Virus record (IMG/VR): IMGVR_UViG_3300005330_000014
Coordinates: 96,001-160,000 of that record
Source: a virus
Lineage: Duplodnaviria; Caudoviricetes
Direction: 5' to 3' (one strand)
DNA length: 64,000 bases
Shown here: positions 28,966 through 38,052 of the stretch, piece by piece
How the letters are laid out: each line of letters opens with the position of its first letter
Position numbering within the stretch: position 1 is the first letter of the stretch
Made by a program: the position numbers and the translations under genes
The notes under the pieces: model-generated
What the model was told of the DNA's origin: nothing
The model's database searches: none
The model's input: only the letters and a program-made list of their open reading frames with translations

Positions 28966-29409
28966 TTAATCTAAAATTTCCGTTTTTGGTTCATGAAAAG
29001 TAATTACATCAAAAGTTTGATCTTGTTTGATTAAGTAAGCTTTCAGCTTAAATTTCGGAACAATTACTAAATCATTTAAATTACTGGATAAATAACCAAA
29101 GATACGCCTTCTGTTTGGCCTTTTGTCATTTAAAAAAACTTCCATGAACATAAAACTATAGGCTCGGAACCAATGATTATTAAATCTAAAAATAGCCCCC
29201 TTTTGTAAATCCTTGACGGGCATTAATTCGTAATTACGTTGATTAACTCCAGCAGAAAATAACATAGAAATATTAATTATTGATAATAGGTTAAAAATGG
29301 CCGGTTTTACGTGTTTGCCGGTATGGGGTAGAAAGGATAACCACTGGAGAGAATGAAAAACTCCGGCGACACAATCCCCTTTTTTGTTGCTAACTAGGCA
29401 ACCAACCAA
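28966..29409 (-). CDS. hypothetical protein containing an FRFxxxW repeat unit
   Basis: GAIFRFNNHWFRA; true start uncertain. Confidence 0.5.
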   Translation of the reverse strand: MVGCLVSNKKGDCVAGVFHSLQWLSFLPHTGKHVKPAIFNLLSIINISMLFSAGVNQRNYELMPVKDLQKGAIFRFNNHWFRAYSFMFMEVFLNDKRPNRRRIFGYLSSNLNDLVIVPKFKLKAYLIKQDQTFDVITFHEPKTEILD

Positions 29410-30372
29410 CTAACTAACCAAATGTTTAGAGGAATTAGCTAATCCCCATTCAGAATAAACATCTAAATCTTTGACATCTCTTAGCTGATTTAAGCGAATA
29501 GTTAAGTGTTTTGGTAAATTCAAGGCAGCAACGATTTCTTCTGCAAGTCCCTTGTTGTTTTCAATAACGGCAGAACGCGCCATCTCTTTTTTAATTTTGA
29601 AAATAGATTTGTAATCATCATTAAAATAACGATTTACCGCTTCGGTAGCTAAATCATATATTAACGCAACCAATTTAGGAGAACTAATCCAGTAGTTAGA
29701 TAATAGTCTATATTCCAGTCCGGGATATTCAGGCTTAGGACGATGCGCCCCTAGATTACGACCATACAGAGTTTTGCGTTGCAATGAAGTAGTATCATTG
29801 TCCACCAAAACAAAAGGCACCGCCACAAAATAATCTAATAACTTAACTAAAGTAATGACACTATCAAAATCATTTAACGGCAAGCTTTTCTTTCTGTCTT
29901 GGTCGGCACGGGCAATTGCGAAATGTCCGCCCGCCGAGCGACGAGCACCACTAAAATCAGGCGGGATAATTTGGCATACGTCCCATGCATCATACTCAGG
30001 ATTACAACCAATTTTATTGGCTTCTGGGTGTTCCATGAAGCGTGGATCAAATTCATGACTAGCTTTAATTTTAATCTTAAACCGGCCTTCACTCTCTTTG
30101 ATTAAATAATCATTAATTAAACTTAATGACGAGCCAATACTTTTAATAAAATCTTCTTTAGAGGTTGCGGGGCGAACCGTAAATTCTCCCATTGTATTAT
30201 CATAATAAAGATTAGTATGTTCGTCCAACCGAATTGGATCATACTTGTCCACTTTAAGTACGTCAATTGCGCTCACAACATCTCCGCTTGAAACATCTTC
30301 AATAAAAAATTCAGGATCGGCCCCAAAAGTTAATGCGGTTGTTTTATTTACTAATTCATTTTTGCTTTTCAT
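29410..30372 (-). CDS. phiEco32-like COOH.NH2 ligase type 2
   Basis: TFGADPEFF, DNTMGEF, GCNPEYDAW, RSAGGH, LYG..GAHRPK, GLEYRLLSNYW. Confidence 0.9.
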   Translation of the reverse strand: MKSKNELVNKTTALTFGADPEFFIEDVSSGDVVSAIDVLKVDKYDPIRLDEHTNLYYDNTMGEFTVRPATSKEDFIKSIGSSLSLINDYLIKESEGRFKIKIKASHEFDPRFMEHPEANKIGCNPEYDAWDVCQIIPPDFSGARRSAGGHFAIARADQDRKKSLPLNDFDSVITLVKLLDYFVAVPFVLVDNDTTSLQRKTLYGRNLGAHRPKPEYPGLEYRLLSNYWISSPKLVALIYDLATEAVNRYFNDDYKSIFKIKKEMARSAVIENNKGLAEEIVAALNLPKHLTIRLNQLRDVKDLDVYSEWGLANSSKHLVS

Positions 30373-30418
30373 TTTTTCTCCTTGTTTGTTATTATCTCTA
30401 TTTTAGTTTATTTTAATA

Positions 30419-30709
30419 TTACGTGATTTTATGAGGTTTTTTATTTAATACACAAACCTTCTTATATACAGGAATGTTGTAATAAACATCTTCCGCCCTT
30501 TCTCTAGCATTAGGTTCGCGGCCCCAATTTTCTGATACTTTTATCATCCATTTTCTGTCATATCGAAACTCTGAACCTATTCTAATATCTTGGAATGACT
30601 CAAAAGAATAAACAGGGCTAAACAAATCTAAATATTGATATTCGGGCCACATTTGGTTTTTAATTATAATATCTGTCTGAATAGTTGTCCGAATTATTCT
30701 CGCGGTCAA
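30419..30709 (-). CDS. small paralog (FRYxxxWxxK family)
   Basis: IGSEFRYDRKWMIKV. Confidence 0.65.
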   Translation of the reverse strand: MTARIIRTTIQTDIIIKNQMWPEYQYLDLFSPVYSFESFQDIRIGSEFRYDRKWMIKVSENWGREPNARERAEDVYYNIPVYKKVCVLNKKPHKIT

Positions 30710-30857
30710 TATGCTTCATATAATTAGGCCGCATTGCTAAATAATTCATATATCTACAAAGATTAATGTCGGGATGTTTCTTTTTCTTAAATCGCACACA
30801 ATGTAGCAAATTAAATAAAAGAATAATCAGAATATAAATAACGAAATCGTTCATTTT

Positions 30858-32018
30858 TTATTCCTCCCAAGAATTAACTACTTCACTGTCATCAATTTCT
30901 AACATTTGGACTCGACGATTTCTGCCGCCAACTTGGACAATTCCTGAAACTACAAATTTCTTACCCATTTTAGTTACCCTTAAATTGGAAACATCAGGAA
31001 ATTCAAACGTTCGATGATTATTAGCATTATTATTAACTGGGGCAGCAACAGCCCGAGGTTGGACAGGAGGCGGAACGGCAACGCGAACAGGTTCAGGTGC
31101 CGGTGCTGGAGCGGCGCGAACTACTGGCGGCGGAGCTACGGGAGCAGGAGGGGCAGGAGCTACGCGGGCAGCTTGCGGGGCGACGACAGCGGCAGGAATA
31201 GCCGGAACAGGAGTAATAGCCGGGACCACTCTATTATTTAATACATCAGTAATTACTCTTGTATAATTTCTTAATGTGGTAGACTCTAGGTTATCCCCCA
31301 AACTAGAACAACTATTCAACTCTAGAACAACGCAATTCCGATTAGTTTCATTGTAACAAATATCTACGCTAGCTAGGTCTAACCCTAAAGCATTCATTGC
31401 TTTAATTGATTCAACTTTAACGCAATCGGGAAGCGTTACTCCTTCACGAGCGAAAATCCATTGACCATGATTTCTAATTTGATAATTAACTTCGGTGCCT
31501 TCTGGAAGGTCTGAGCGAACTTTCTTTTGAATATAATCGAAAATCTTAACTCCATCGCGGTCACGAATCATATGCACACGATATTCATGTTTCTTAGGAA
31601 AATACTTAACATATAATTGAGTGCGAGGACTTAATTGCGCCTCAGTTTCAGCGATAACTAATCCGGCGGCTGAATGTCCATTTAATATTTCCCGGCAAGC
31701 TACCTTGCTCCCCTCGCGAATCCATCGTGCAGCCACCGCGCGATCTTCTGTAAATTCAGGAATTGAAACATTAGCTTCTCTTAATTTAAGAAATGTTTTC
31801 TTTTTGCAAACAGCAATAGCAACGCTACGGGGGTTATTCAACCATCTAACGTTAGCATTATTCCAGACAGGCTGACCAGAAAAACCTAAATTAACAACTA
31901 AATGATTCGGATTATAAGTATAATCACCGTCAGAACGAACACGGGGACAATTTAATGATTGAGCGAGTAAACGGCCCGCTGTAGATGTTGGCTTGTATGC
32001 AATAACGCGTGGATTCAT
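30858..32018 (-). CDS. ATP-grasp (RimK-like) ligase with Pro/Ala-rich linker and small C-terminal domain
   Basis: CKKKTF, GHSAAG loop, HEYRVH, IRN, ALGLDLASVDI, VLELNS; low-complexity linker at 31038-31229. Confidence 0.85.
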   Translation of the reverse strand: MNPRVIAYKPTSTAGRLLAQSLNCPRVRSDGDYTYNPNHLVVNLGFSGQPVWNNANVRWLNNPRSVAIAVCKKKTFLKLREANVSIPEFTEDRAVAARWIREGSKVACREILNGHSAAGLVIAETEAQLSPRTQLYVKYFPKKHEYRVHMIRDRDGVKIFDYIQKKVRSDLPEGTEVNYQIRNHGQWIFAREGVTLPDCVKVESIKAMNALGLDLASVDICYNETNRNCVVLELNSCSSLGDNLESTTLRNYTRVITDVLNNRVVPAITPVPAIPAAVVAPQAARVAPAPPAPVAPPPVVRAAPAPAPEPVRVAVPPPVQPRAVAAPVNNNANNHRTFEFPDVSNLRVTKMGKKFVVSGIVQVGGRNRRVQMLEIDDSEVVNSWEE

Positions 32019-32056
32019 AATATTTATTACTTGTTAGTTTTTGATTTAGTTGTTAG

Positions 32057-33133
32057 TTATTTCTCGGTTTCTTTATTCATTTGTTCAGCTAAGATTTCAC
32101 CTATAGACGTATTCAAAACGTTTGGATTTGAAGGAGGTAGCAATAAAAGTGGTTGCCCATCATTATCTAGTTTTAATTTTTCAGGATTTAAATCTAATTC
32201 TTTTTGAGTTATTTCATGATCGAAAACCTCAACATATTCCAATTTTTCGTTCTCTAAATCGTGAGAATATTTCAGCCGAGCAGTTAGTCTTATTTGGTCC
32301 GGCACAGTCTCTAACTCTCTTATGATATATTTTCTAATTAGTTTCTTGATTCCTTTATGATGTTTTTTGTATAACCATACAAGTTGGCTAATGGATAATT
32401 CGCGCGAATAAGGATCGTCCCACAACACATATTTTTTTTTTATAGAATCCAAATCTCCCAATAGTGACATTTCAGACATTCTGTGGGCAACAACTTCTTG
32501 AATCGGCCCTTGATATTTAAATGTCTTTTTAGTTCTAGAAAATGATTGCGATGGCAAATATGCTGTTTTTTGCTTAAGTGGTGCGGGCATCCAAATCTTA
32601 TTACTATGCCATACTGTTTTTTCTTCATTCCAATGACCTAAAGACTCATTAAAAATATAAAACTCTCCTTTATTATCTAATATTACCATCTTGGAAGAAT
32701 TAATATATCTTTCAATTAATTTTTTGAACCACCATGTAGTATAAGCTTCTATGTCTCCAGCAAGTATTTTTCGTAGAATAATGTTATTAAAAACATAAGT
32801 GTCACTATGTTCTCCTTTGAAATCCAAATCCGATATTGTTCCATTAAAAGCAAAACATACGTTATCATTAATAGAAAATGGATGTAAGTTTTCAGGGATA
32901 ATATGCCCGGACGAACATTTTCTAAAATGAACTAAAATAGGACACCCTGCTGGGATTAATGAGTAAAATTCATGAAAAGCTTTTAAATCTTTGTCAAAAT
33001 CTTTTCTAATAAACAATTGATTATCTTGCATATAAGCAATACCTAATCCATCATTATTTATTTTATAGATACTTTCAAAGGTTTCAAAAGTTTCCCGCTG
33101 AGAGTTAGGTTTATTTACGATAATAAGGCACAT
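32057..33133 (-). CDS. class II (Ntn) glutamine amidotransferase
   Basis: N-terminal MC, NNDGLG, HFRKCSSG, LHPF, FNGTI, SDT. Confidence 0.85.
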   Translation of the reverse strand: MCLIIVNKPNSQRETFETFESIYKINNDGLGIAYMQDNQLFIRKDFDKDLKAFHEFYSLIPAGCPILVHFRKCSSGHIIPENLHPFSINDNVCFAFNGTISDLDFKGEHSDTYVFNNIILRKILAGDIEAYTTWWFKKLIERYINSSKMVILDNKGEFYIFNESLGHWNEEKTVWHSNKIWMPAPLKQKTAYLPSQSFSRTKKTFKYQGPIQEVVAHRMSEMSLLGDLDSIKKKYVLWDDPYSRELSISQLVWLYKKHHKGIKKLIRKYIIRELETVPDQIRLTARLKYSHDLENEKLEYVEVFDHEITQKELDLNPEKLKLDNDGQPLLLLPPSNPNVLNTSIGEILAEQMNKETEK

Positions 33134-33160
33134 TGGTAGTGGTGGTTAATTATGGAAATC

Positions 33161-33188
33161 AGACTAGCATCAAAAAGAGGAAAGTCAA
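33161..33188 (-). promoter_or_regulatory. sigma70-type promoter (near-duplicate of 37541-37568)
   Basis: TTGACT-16 nt (ending TGC)-TAGTCT. Confidence 0.7.
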
Positions 33189-33236
33189 ATTTTCGTTTTT
33201 AGGTGAATTTTTTAATTTAATGACTTAATTATTTAG

Positions 33237-33437
33237 TTATTTGAGATGAAAACTTAATGTCATCACGCTTTCTTTTCGAGGAAACTGGGTAGGGTTGGCC
33301 CACGTTTTGTCTCCAACGAATTTTACTGCAAAATCATCATTCGTTTTAAGCCAAGTGTCTTCTAGAGCGCGGAATTTACCATTAATTTTAATAGCCTCAA
33401 AAATTGAAAGCGTCCATTTTCGTTTGACATTTGACAT
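33237..33437 (-). CDS. small hypothetical protein
   Basis: 66-aa ORF. Confidence 0.45.
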   Translation of the reverse strand: MSNVKRKWTLSIFEAIKINGKFRALEDTWLKTNDDFAVKFVGDKTWANPTQFPRKESVMTLSFHLK

Positions 33438-33468
33438 AAAATATAATATTATTTCTCGATACTTGTAT

Positions 33469-34308
33469 TTATATCATGTCCCCGATTTCAATCGATGCGA
33501 TTTCTGAATCTTCCAATAAGCCTTTTAAAAAAACTCCACGCTCTCTAGTGTTATAAGTAAATGGGACTATCTTATTTATTTTTCTAGGAAAAACCTGATC
33601 TAAATCCGCCTTTTTCTCTTTAATAGCCAAATCATAGCAAGGATAACAATGTTTTTTACCATTATACATGTGTCCGTTGCCGTAACCAACGAAAGGCTGC
33701 CCGCATTTTTCGCATTTATCCTTGGGAGGAATAACATAGCTAGGAGTTGAATTATATTTGAATAAACTAATATTTTCGGAGGTTCTAATTCCTTTCCCTC
33801 CACATTCCCACCAGTCCATAACCGGATTAAAAAAGTTAAACTTTCCGTCGTTATTCATTATTACGAAACGGCTGGATGTAGGTAACACTTTTTCCACTAA
33901 AAATTTAAAATAATCAGAACTAGCAGCGGACTTATTACAAAATCCTTTCAATAAGATTAATAAATTAATTGCGTGGCAATATTCAGGTTTATTAAGACTT
34001 GCTTTCATGTCCCAAATACGACCAGTCTGAGCCATAACTAAATCTTGGTCTATACGATACGGGCCACAAAAACCTTTGGTATTTTTTTCTGTGTAAGGTT
34101 CTTTAGCTATATCAATTAAACAAGAATGAGTTTTATTCTGTTCGTATAATTTAAGCAAGGAGTCGAATTGCTTGAAGTTTTTACGAATATATATTTTTCC
34201 ATTTTTAGCTACCGCAATACCATATAAATCCGCCCGCTCATTCTTCATTTTTTCTATTAAAATTTCTGGCAACTCAATATCGGCAGGCTTACAAATTAGA
34301 ATACTCAT
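33469..34308 (-). CDS. degenerate class II glutamine amidotransferase-like protein with C-terminal zinc finger
   Basis: MSILICKP start (Cys replaced), DLYGIA, VIMNNDGKF; CEKC...CYPC. Confidence 0.65.
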   Translation of the reverse strand: MSILICKPADIELPEILIEKMKNERADLYGIAVAKNGKIYIRKNFKQFDSLLKLYEQNKTHSCLIDIAKEPYTEKNTKGFCGPYRIDQDLVMAQTGRIWDMKASLNKPEYCHAINLLILLKGFCNKSAASSDYFKFLVEKVLPTSSRFVIMNNDGKFNFFNPVMDWWECGGKGIRTSENISLFKYNSTPSYVIPPKDKCEKCGQPFVGYGNGHMYNGKKHCYPCYDLAIKEKKADLDQVFPRKINKIVPFTYNTRERGVFLKGLLEDSEIASIEIGDMI

Positions 34309-34364
34309 AAAAACAAATAATATATTTCAATAATTTTAAGTTAATTTTTAACTACATACCAATA

Positions 34365-34931
34365 CTAATCGCGGAATCTCATATTCATATAGTCATATTC
34401 TTCATCAGGATCATAATGTTTATATGGTTTGCCATAAATACCATAATGAATTCCATTATAAATATATTTACTATATAAATGGTAAAAAGTAAATTCTCCA
34501 TTATTATTTAACAAAGCGATTGGAACTACTTTAGATATTGCTTCATCTAATAAATATCCAAAATTAGTTTGAGTAGGGTCTTTAGTAAGCTTACAAAACT
34601 TATCCAATAACGCAGATATGTTTAATAGATCAATACTATCTTTTGAATCAAACACAACCGAGTATTTGCCGTGGCAAAAGAAAATTGGCTCAACCTCTCT
34701 TTTGACAATACTAATCAAGGCTGCATAATTTTCCTTGTTAAGCCAATCAATTGTTTTTACTAATTCTCTGACTGAAGAGATTTTAATAAATCCTAGCGTT
34801 GATTTTTCGGAGCAATAAGCATATACAATATATATAAAATAATTGCCAATTGTTTGGTTATTTTTGGTTTCGATATTTTCTAAAATATCATCGAAATCTA
34901 ATTCAGCATTTTTTACTTTTGCTATAAACAT
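34365..34931 (-). CDS. highly degenerate class II GATase-like paralog
   Basis: IALLNNNGEFTFY parallels VILDNKGEFYIF and ALLDNEGKIEII in neighbours; no N-terminal nucleophile. Confidence 0.5.
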   Translation of the reverse strand: MFIAKVKNAELDFDDILENIETKNNQTIGNYFIYIVYAYCSEKSTLGFIKISSVRELVKTIDWLNKENYAALISIVKREVEPIFFCHGKYSVVFDSKDSIDLLNISALLDKFCKLTKDPTQTNFGYLLDEAISKVVPIALLNNNGEFTFYHLYSKYIYNGIHYGIYGKPYKHYDPDEEYDYMNMRFRD

Positions 34932-34971
34932 AAGTTTAGGTTTAAAATTTTAGTTTAAATCTTAAACTATA

Positions 34972-36582
34972 CTATTTAATAGCTTGATTGTAAGTTTTAG
35001 TATAAAAAGACTTAAATTCGTCGTTGGCATCGAAAAACTTATATAAGTAAGGATAATCTTGTCTGTTTTTGCAAACAAATTCATAGAAGAACACCCAGCT
35101 TGCCATATCTTTAATCGAAGCATTACCGGGGCGGCAGAAATCGCACAAAGAGGCCACGAAATCTATGTTTTTCAATAACTCATTTTTGTCTTTAGTTGAT
35201 CTGAAAATTCTAAATTCTACTGTTTGACCGTTGCTAGATTCAAAATTCACAGCAGTTCTATGATCGAATTTAAGTCTAATAACTTCCCCAGCCCCAGAAA
35301 CGATATGCCCATTTTTAAATTGGAGGCCGCGAGTTGTAGTAAAGTCACTAAACATATTTGCTTTACGACCGGCCATAATCTCAATAAATTGTCTATTGTT
35401 GGGGTTATGAATAAACGTCATTAATTTAGAGGCGGCAAGACCATAACCGCTCTGCCCTAGAGTTTTACCGTACCAATCATCTCCATGAGTTAAAGCATTT
35501 TTACTAATATGAATATGGCACCCGCAGCCCGTTCCCCGATCAGCCCCTTGTTGGGGAGGTTGATAAGGAGCGCAATAAATACTATCATTATTTAATATAG
35601 CCTCAAAGAAACTATTCCACGCTTCGCGATGATATTTAATATCAGCGGGGCAAGAAACCACTTCAAATCCCATTTGTAATGTGCCATCCCTCTTAATAAT
35701 AGCTTTTAATTCGCTCTTTTTAATTACTTCATCGGCATCAATCAAACCGCGACCATAATTGTCTCTAACTTCGTATTCTAATTCTACTCCAATTAATTTT
35801 GGATGTACTCCGCTTGCCGTAACAGAAAAAGAGTTAATATCTTTATCACCGAAAGCGGCTTTTGTAATCTCGCTAACTAATTTATTAGAAGAATCGCTAA
35901 TATGTTCTTTAAAATGGCGCTCGCTTCTATCAGTATAGGCTTTCAGAATAATTCTAGAAGCATTTCCCTGACAATTACCGCAAAATCCTTTATAAAAGTT
36001 TTTAGAATTTTCAAAGTTATGCTGACAGTATTTACATGTAACAATCTTTTTTGCATCAAAACAAGATTTGCAGCAATTACCAGAATTTCCATTATTTAAA
36101 ATAAAAGGAACATAAGAAGATAAACTATTTACTGTTATCTTTTTTTCACATAAACTGCATTTCATATCTAAGCTTGAATCTAAACTTGAATCTTCGGTTT
36201 CAGTTACCGTGAAATAACTATTACCATAAATTGATACGGAGGGATTAATAGGTCTACGTAAAGGATGTTTAATCTCATTATTACTTTCATCAGAACAATC
36301 TTCCTCTTGAGAGTCTGCCCTTTTTTCCGAAACTTTAGGGGCTCGTGTTTTAATTACTTTGCTCCCTCTAACTACTGAATTATATTTAATTGGACGAGGC
36401 TCTTTCGGGGCAGACGCCTTAGCATAACTCAATTCTTCGTTCTGAGCCGGAATAGATTTCTTTAATTCTCCTCTCTTTGTTTCTAATTCCTCAATGCGCT
36501 CGCGAAAACTTCTCGATGCAGTCTCGACGTAAGGCTTTACGGTAATAGAAGGTTTTGATTCGATATTTTTTTCTTCAGACAT
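34972..36582 (-). CDS. putative amidoligase (COOH.NH2 ligase superfamily) with N-terminal Cys-rich region
   Basis: IGVELEYE, KRDGTL..GFEVVS, GCGCHIHIS, AVN, TVEFRIF; four CxxC pairs upstream. Confidence 0.88.
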   Translation of the reverse strand: MSEEKNIESKPSITVKPYVETASRSFRERIEELETKRGELKKSIPAQNEELSYAKASAPKEPRPIKYNSVVRGSKVIKTRAPKVSEKRADSQEEDCSDESNNEIKHPLRRPINPSVSIYGNSYFTVTETEDSSLDSSLDMKCSLCEKKITVNSLSSYVPFILNNGNSGNCCKSCFDAKKIVTCKYCQHNFENSKNFYKGFCGNCQGNASRIILKAYTDRSERHFKEHISDSSNKLVSEITKAAFGDKDINSFSVTASGVHPKLIGVELEYEVRDNYGRGLIDADEVIKKSELKAIIKRDGTLQMGFEVVSCPADIKYHREAWNSFFEAILNNDSIYCAPYQPPQQGADRGTGCGCHIHISKNALTHGDDWYGKTLGQSGYGLAASKLMTFIHNPNNRQFIEIMAGRKANMFSDFTTTRGLQFKNGHIVSGAGEVIRLKFDHRTAVNFESSNGQTVEFRIFRSTKDKNELLKNIDFVASLCDFCRPGNASIKDMASWVFFYEFVCKNRQDYPYLYKFFDANDEFKSFYTKTYNQAIK

Positions 36583-36628
36583 ATAATTTAATGGTTAATA
36601 ATTTTGTTTGACTTAGTTTTATTGAGTT

Positions 36629-37492
36629 TTATTTACTTGTCGCGTTGATAGTATCTAAATAATGATCTACCTCTTCGAGTTCATCAGCGGGGATTTCTTC
36701 TAAATTAACAAAATCTTCTGCTTCAGATTCTAAACGTAATGTTTCTGCCATGCGGTCTGCGGCATCTAGTTCATTTTCAATATCTACTACATTATCTTCA
36801 TTACTGTCATGCTCTGGAAAATCAGGGTCCACCGGATGATTAACTATTCTAATTAGTCCGCCGCCCGTTCCGCTATTTTGCCTATGAGGATTAGGGCCAA
36901 AATAACTATTATTTATATTATTATTTGTAAATCTTTCTTTAATTTCTTTATAATATCCGTTAGATGCCCAAATTACTCCTTCTTCGATCCATTCCCCGCT
37001 TTCCTCATTAATTATTTCGATTTTTCCCTCGTTATCTAATAAGGCTAATTTATTTCCTTTCCCAATGGCATTTTTAACAAACCACAAAAAACCTTTATTT
37101 CTCCACCATTTCCTTTTCGGGTTATCATTATCAAAACCTTTTAGGATAATTTCTCCAAATCCAAAGGTATCGCTCATTCCAGCAAATTTAGAACTAAAAT
37201 AATGTAAAACTCCATTATGGCAAAAATGCAAACGGTCTGAAATTACAAACGGGTGGCAATTAGCTTCATTTTTGGCTCCACTGGTGGCAAATCGGGCGTG
37301 GACGATAATTGGACAACCAATAGTTTTTTTGTAAGCTTCATACAATGAAGCAAAATCAAAAAATCCTTTTTCTATATGAATAGCCCCATCTTTAAAATAA
37401 GAGAAGCCCGCTCCATCTCCGTTTGAATTAACAATGTTTTCCAGAAATTCCGCCGGTAGTTCTTTTCCAGTCGATGTTAGAATAGTACACAT
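36629..37492 (-). CDS. class II (Ntn) glutamine amidotransferase
   Basis: N-terminal MC, NGDGAG, HARFATSG, CHPF, HNGVL, SDT. Confidence 0.9.
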   Translation of the reverse strand: MCTILTSTGKELPAEFLENIVNSNGDGAGFSYFKDGAIHIEKGFFDFASLYEAYKKTIGCPIIVHARFATSGAKNEANCHPFVISDRLHFCHNGVLHYFSSKFAGMSDTFGFGEIILKGFDNDNPKRKWWRNKGFLWFVKNAIGKGNKLALLDNEGKIEIINEESGEWIEEGVIWASNGYYKEIKERFTNNNINNSYFGPNPHRQNSGTGGGLIRIVNHPVDPDFPEHDSNEDNVVDIENELDAADRMAETLRLESEAEDFVNLEEIPADELEEVDHYLDTINATSK

Positions 37493-37540
37493 ACGATTTA
37501 ATACTGATTTATTTCGTCTTTTTTGGGTTATGTTGAAATC

Positions 37541-37568
37541 AGGCTAGCATCCAAATCTGAAAAGTCAA
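37541..37568 (-). promoter_or_regulatory. sigma70-type promoter (near-duplicate of 33161-33188)
   Basis: TTGACT-16 nt (ending TGC)-TAGCCT. Confidence 0.7.
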
Positions 37569-37635
37569 ATTTTCGTTTTTTTCGCCTGAGCTTTTAGTTT
37601 ATCTAAATTTATTGATTTGTTTCAAGTAAAGCAAA

Positions 37636-38052
37636 TTACCACGGGAGAGCTTCATCTCGATATTCCTCTTCAAGAGATTCTAAGATTTCGTCTATTTCAT
37701 CCGCCTCTGACTTGACAATATTCTTTTTATGTTTAACTGACCTAGATTTTCCTTTATCTTTATCTAAAACAAACATGTCGGTTAGAGGATGATTATGATA
37801 AAAACCAGCTTTTAATTCTTTGTTTATAGGTTTGATTTCAGTATCTAAAATCAGGCTTAAGATATAATAAGATATTCTCCATTTAGAAAAACCGGGGACT
37901 ATCACGGTATTACTCTGACTGAAAGTATTTATTAGGTATGTATTTTTACTTTCGCAACTAAATATTTCTACGATCTCTCCCCAAGACTTATGGAAAGCTT
38001 CTTTAACAGAAAATCTCGCGCCCGGCTTTAGTAATGTTCCAAGATTATTCAT
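37636..38052 (-). CDS. hypothetical protein with HNHPLTDMF motif and acidic tail
   Basis: motif at 37771-37797. Confidence 0.7.
   Translation of the reverse strand: MNNLGTLLKPGARFSVKEAFHKSWGEIVEIFSCESKNTYLINTFSQSNTVIVPGFSKWRISYYILSLILDTEIKPINKELKAGFYHNHPLTDMFVLDKDKGKSRSVKHKKNIVKSEADEIDEILESLEEEYRDEALPW

Noticed and set aside
4159-37797. HNHPLTDMF as a DNA repeat or an HNH nuclease motif
   Set aside because: Copies differ at synonymous positions, and contiguous H-N-H is not the spaced HNH nuclease active-site pattern
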